Below, one piece after another: positions 60,361 to 64,000 of a stretch of DNA of 64,000 bases. Within the stretch, counting starts at the first letter, position 1, and each line of letters begins with the position of its first letter. This DNA comes from Alphaproteobacteria bacterium (GTDB lineage Bacteria > Pseudomonadota > Alphaproteobacteria > Bin95). The notes beneath the pieces were generated by a model. It saw nothing but the letters and a program-made list of their open reading frames with translations, had not been told where the DNA came from and did not search any database. The stretch is taken from contig OZ219786.1 in assembly GCA_964291285.2 (NCBI GenBank), positions 544,001 to 608,000 on the forward strand, in the 5' to 3' direction. A program made the position numbers and the translations under genes.

Positions 60361-61473
60361 TCAAGCGGGCTCCGGCGCGCCGAGGCGGCCCGCTGTCCAT
60401 CTGTGGAAAGCGTGGCTCGGCCCGTCCATGACCGGCGAGAAGCAGCCGCCGTCGAAAGCGGGCGACCGGCGCCCCTGCTGCATCCGCTCGACGACACCCA
60501 CATCCTCCCCGAACACGTCTTCCCAGCGGGCGCGAAGCCGGTCCCGCGCCCCGGCATAGGCGGGCGCCCCGGCCGCCTCCTCCAGGCACCAGAGCCGCGC
60601 ATCCTCCGCCGTCAGGTCCGGGGCGAGCGGGTCGAGGCGCATGGCGAAGAAATGGTCCATATGCACGCCCAGCAGCAGGTTGGGATAGAGGGCTACATAT
60701 TCGGCGACCGGGCGGTCGTCGGCTGCGGGCAGTTCGCCACGGGCCGCATAGCAATGCGACCCCTGGCCGGAGAAGGACGCCTCGACAATGGGATAGTGGT
60801 CGGCGAGCGGGGAAATGCGGTTCAGCTCCGGGTGGATCCAGGGCAGGTGGTAGGCCTCGCAATAGTTCTCGACCGCAAGCTTCCAGTTGGCGTCCAGCCG
60901 GAGGCGGATCGGCTCTATGTCCGCCGGCCGGTAGCGCGCCAGCGGGAAATGCCGCCACCGGGCCAGCAACGGCGCGAGGCAGTCCTCCAGCGCGGGCGCG
61001 GCGCCGGACAGGTCCGCGAACACCATGTCGAGCCACACGGCGGCGCGCACCGGCACCAGCCCGCGTTCGCTCTTGCAGAAGCCCGGCGCCTCATGGCGGC
61101 CGACGCCGCCGATATGCGGCGTGGCGCGCAACCGGCCCTCCAGGTCGTAGGTCCAGCTGTGATAGGGGCAGCGCACGGCCGTCCTGCCGCGTTGCGGCTC
61201 GTCCACAAGGCGGACGCCGCGGTGGCGGCAGACATTGTGGAAGCAGCGGATTTCGCCCTCCCCGGTCCGCACCAGCAGCAGCGCCACGCCCATCGCATCC
61301 ACCGGCATGAGATCGCCGGGCGCGGCGAGATCGCTCGCAAAGGCGATACAGAACCAGCCCCGGCCGAAGATGCGCCGGCGCTCCTCATCCAGGGCCGAGG
61401 CTTCGGTGTAGCAGCGCCCGGGCAGGCCGCGCGCTGTCTCGATGGGCCTCAGGACGCTTGCCAGGTCGTTCAT
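60361..61473 (-). CDS. Rieske non-heme iron oxygenase alpha subunit (choline monooxygenase-like)
   Basis: NVCRHRG...CPYHSW, NWKLAVENYCEAYH...IH, EDV. Confidence 0.9.
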   Translation of the reverse strand: MNDLASVLRPIETARGLPGRCYTEASALDEERRRIFGRGWFCIAFASDLAAPGDLMPVDAMGVALLLVRTGEGEIRCFHNVCRHRGVRLVDEPQRGRTAVRCPYHSWTYDLEGRLRATPHIGGVGRHEAPGFCKSERGLVPVRAAVWLDMVFADLSGAAPALEDCLAPLLARWRHFPLARYRPADIEPIRLRLDANWKLAVENYCEAYHLPWIHPELNRISPLADHYPIVEASFSGQGSHCYAARGELPAADDRPVAEYVALYPNLLLGVHMDHFFAMRLDPLAPDLTAEDARLWCLEEAAGAPAYAGARDRLRARWEDVFGEDVGVVERMQQGRRSPAFDGGCFSPVMDGPSHAFHRWTAGRLGAPEPA

Positions 61474-61591
61474 CTCGGGGCCGCTCCGCCGGATTCGGGC
61501 AGGCTCGAGTCTGCCGCGTCCGGAGGGAAGTCCTGCGCCCGGATGCGACGTCGAAGGGGCGGGAATGCGACGGGACAGCCCCGGTCACCGC

Positions 61592-61975
61592 TCAGATGTC
61601 GCCCTCCGCTCCGGCGAGGACCACGACATAGCCGTCCGGGTCGCGCAGCCAGCATTCGCGGTGGCGGGCATTGGGGTTCACATGCGGCTGCTCGAGAATG
61701 TCGGCGCCGAGCGCGTGTGCCCGCGCGACCGCGGCGTCGAACGCATCCGTCCGGAACCAGAGCAGCACGCCGTTGCCGTGTGGCTTCGACGCCGGGTCGC
61801 CCATATGGGGATGGTCATGCGCATCCCAGCGGTGAAGCTGGAGGACGAGCCGGCCGCCGGAAAGCAGCCGTTCGTAATCCGGCCCGCCATGCCCGCTTTC
61901 GCATCCGAGCAGCTGTCGGTACCAGAGGCTGCTCGCCTCCACGTCCGCCACGGCGATCAGAGGCTGCGGTTCCAT
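61592..61975 (-). CDS. VOC/glyoxalase family protein
   Basis: V.DVEAS..WY..LLG, GNGVLLWF, RDPDGY. Confidence 0.85.
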   Translation of the reverse strand: MEPQPLIAVADVEASSLWYRQLLGCESGHGGPDYERLLSGGRLVLQLHRWDAHDHPHMGDPASKPHGNGVLLWFRTDAFDAAVARAHALGADILEQPHVNPNARHRECWLRDPDGYVVVLAGAEGDI

Positions 61976-62017
61976 GCGCCCTCCTTGCACGGGAACCGGC
62001 GGGTCCCGTCGCTTCCC

Positions 62018-63610
62018 TCAATCGCCCGTCAGGATCATCTCCGCGGCCTTCTCGCCGATCATGATGGAGGGGGCGTTGGTGTTGCCGGAGGTGAGGGTGG
62101 GCATGATCGAGGCGTCGGCAACGCGCAGGCCCTCCATGCCGTGGACGCGGAGCCGGTCGTCCACCACGGCCATCGGGTCGGAGCCCATCTTGCAGGTGCC
62201 GACCGGGTGGTAGGTGGTCTCGGCGTTCTCCATCACCCAGGCGATCAGCTCACCGTCGCTCTCCAGCTTCTCTCCGGGCGCGATTTCCTCGCCGACGATG
62301 CCTTCCAGCGCCGGCGCGCCCATCAGTTGGCGGGTCATGCGCATGCCGCCGAGCGTGATCTCCCGGTCGATCTCGGCGGAGAGGAAGTTGAAACGGATCT
62401 CCGGCGGGGCGGCCGGGTCGGCCGAGGCCGCATGGATGCTGCCCGTGCTCTCCGAGCGCAGCGGATGGGTGATGGCCGTTATCCCCGACTCCTTCGCCAG
62501 CTTGAAATTCGGCGTGGCGAGGAAGGGAATGAACGAGATCATGGCGTCCGGGCTCGCCAGCCCCGGCCGGGTGCGGATATAGGCGCGGACCGGCGAGGCC
62601 GGCAGGCTCAGCAGGCCCGATTGAGCGCCCGCGAATTTCAGCGCCTGCCAGACGAGCCCGAGGCCGCGGGCCTTGTCATTGTAGGTCAGGCCCTTCGCCG
62701 GGATGGGCCATTTCATGCGCGGCGCGTAATGGTCGCGCAGGTTCTCGCCGACGCCCGCGAGCTCGTGGACGACGGGAATGCCGAGCGCCTTCAGCCGCTC
62801 CGGCTGGCCGATGCCGGAGACTTCCAGCAATTGCGGCGAGGCGACGGCGCCCGCGCTTACCACGACCTCGGCGTCGGCATGGGCCTCATGCACCTCGCCG
62901 CCGCGCCGGTAGCGCACGCCGGTGCAGCGCCGGCCTTCGAAGAGCAGCGCCTCCGTCGGCGCATTGGCGCGGATGTCGAGGTTGGGCCGCGAGCGCACCG
63001 GGTCGAGGTAGCAATGCGCCGTGCTCATGCGCCGCCCGCCGGAGATTGACGCCTGCGTCATGCCGATGCCGTCCTGCGAGGCGCCGTTATAGTCGGCATT
63101 CCAGGCGAGGCCGATCTCCTGCCCCGCGCCGATGATCGCGTCGTAGAGCGGGCCGCTCTCGTCGAGGTCAGAGACCCTGAGCGGGCCGTCGCGGCCCCGG
63201 TATTCGTCCTCGCCGCCGGCATAGCTTTCCATCTTGCGGAACAGCGGCAGCACGTCGCGGTAGGACCAGCCGCGGTTGCCGAGTTGCGCCCAGCCGTCGA
63301 AATCCTCCGCCTGGCCGCGCACGAACACCATGCCGTTGATGGCCGACGAGCCGCCGAGCAGCCGCCCGCGCGGCACGGGGATGCGCCGCCCGCCGGTGCT
63401 CTCCTCGGGCTCGGAGGAATAGAGCCAGTTGGCGGCGGGGTTGTCGATCAGCCGCGCGAAGCCGACGGGGATGCGCGACCAGGGATGGCTCGGCCGGCCC
63501 GCCTCCAGCAGCAGCACGCGCTTCGCCGGGTCCGCCGAGAGCCGGTTCGCCAGCGCCGACCCCGCAGACCCCGCCCCCACGACGATATAGTCGAAACGCT
63601 CTTCCGCCAT
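62018..63610 (-). CDS. GMC oxidoreductase (choline dehydrogenase-like)
   Basis: VGAGSAG, GGSSAING, GENLRDH, YHPVGTC, DASIMP, GNTNAP. Confidence 0.93.
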   Translation of the reverse strand: MAEERFDYIVVGAGSAGSALANRLSADPAKRVLLLEAGRPSHPWSRIPVGFARLIDNPAANWLYSSEPEESTGGRRIPVPRGRLLGGSSAINGMVFVRGQAEDFDGWAQLGNRGWSYRDVLPLFRKMESYAGGEDEYRGRDGPLRVSDLDESGPLYDAIIGAGQEIGLAWNADYNGASQDGIGMTQASISGGRRMSTAHCYLDPVRSRPNLDIRANAPTEALLFEGRRCTGVRYRRGGEVHEAHADAEVVVSAGAVASPQLLEVSGIGQPERLKALGIPVVHELAGVGENLRDHYAPRMKWPIPAKGLTYNDKARGLGLVWQALKFAGAQSGLLSLPASPVRAYIRTRPGLASPDAMISFIPFLATPNFKLAKESGITAITHPLRSESTGSIHAASADPAAPPEIRFNFLSAEIDREITLGGMRMTRQLMGAPALEGIVGEEIAPGEKLESDGELIAWVMENAETTYHPVGTCKMGSDPMAVVDDRLRVHGMEGLRVADASIMPTLTSGNTNAPSIMIGEKAAEMILTGD

Positions 63611-63648
63611 GCCGATTTCCTCCCCCGTTACCCGTCTGTCCTCCGATT

Positions 63649-63683
63649 GTTGCCCCGGAGGCGGCCCGGGGTCCAGCCCTGCC
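63649..63683. repeat. Half REP-like unit
   Basis: GTTGCCCCGGAGGCGGCCCGGGGTCCAGCCCTG resembles the first arms at 26745 and 42908. Confidence 0.5.
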
Positions 63684-63690
63684 GCCCCGT

Positions 63691-64000
63691 CTAACCGCCG
63701 CGGTCGCGGTGCCGGGCGAGGAACGCGAGCAGGGCTGCGTTGAAGGCCTCGGGCCGTTCGATGTTGGTCAGATGGCCGGCGCCCTCGATCTCCACGAACT
63801 CCGAGCCGGCGATGCGTTCGTGCAGCGCCTTTCCGATGGCGGGCGGGGTGAGGCTGTCATGCTCGCCGTAGATGAGGAGCGTCGGGACCCGGATGCGGTC
63901 GATTTCGGCGGAGCGGTCGAAGGTGAGCGAGGCCTCGATGGTCTTCAGGTAGGACTCCTTGTGGAGCGCGGCGATGCTCTCCCACAGCTTCCGGCGCGCG
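63691..64000 (-). CDS. Alpha/beta hydrolase, C-terminal part (5' end outside window)
   Basis: IRVPTLLIYGEHD.LTPP...IEGAGHLTNIERPEAFN. Confidence 0.85.
   Translation of the reverse strand, partial: ARRKLWESIAALHKESYLKTIEASLTFDRSAEIDRIRVPTLLIYGEHDSLTPPAIGKALHERIAGSEFVEIEGAGHLTNIERPEAFNAALLAFLARHRDRGG

Overview
High-GC chromosomal segment of an alphaproteobacterium (Rhodospirillales-like gene content and order; inference). Core blocks: the dcw cluster (mraZ-rsmH-ftsL-ftsI-murE-murF-mraY-murD-ftsW-murG-murC-murB-ddl-ftsQ-ftsA-ftsZ), serB/miaA, ettA, phoX, lpxB, a peptide-type ABC transporter, DUF2155-mlaD-NDUFA12 divergent from B12-dependent nrdJ, mreBCD-mrdA-rodA, a PmbA/TldE protein, a phasin, a gamma-glutamyltransferase, tRNA-Thr(CGT), dnaA, rpsT and a Rieske/VOC/GMC/hydrolase catabolic group. 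Mobile or repeated DNA: a partial IS1634 at the left edge, an IS110/IS1111 left-end remnant, a solo IS630-type HTH gene and several REP-like palindrome families. The most unusual feature is a ~620-740 bp cassette present twice in inverted orientation (~42400-43017 and ~55232-55968). It comprises a promoter, a conserved ~230-nt leader with base-pairing potential, a solo terminase-small-subunit-like ORF with no phage context, 10-bp-phased CATGACA repeats and a REP-like element. Family assignments come from recognising motifs by eye; no database search was run.
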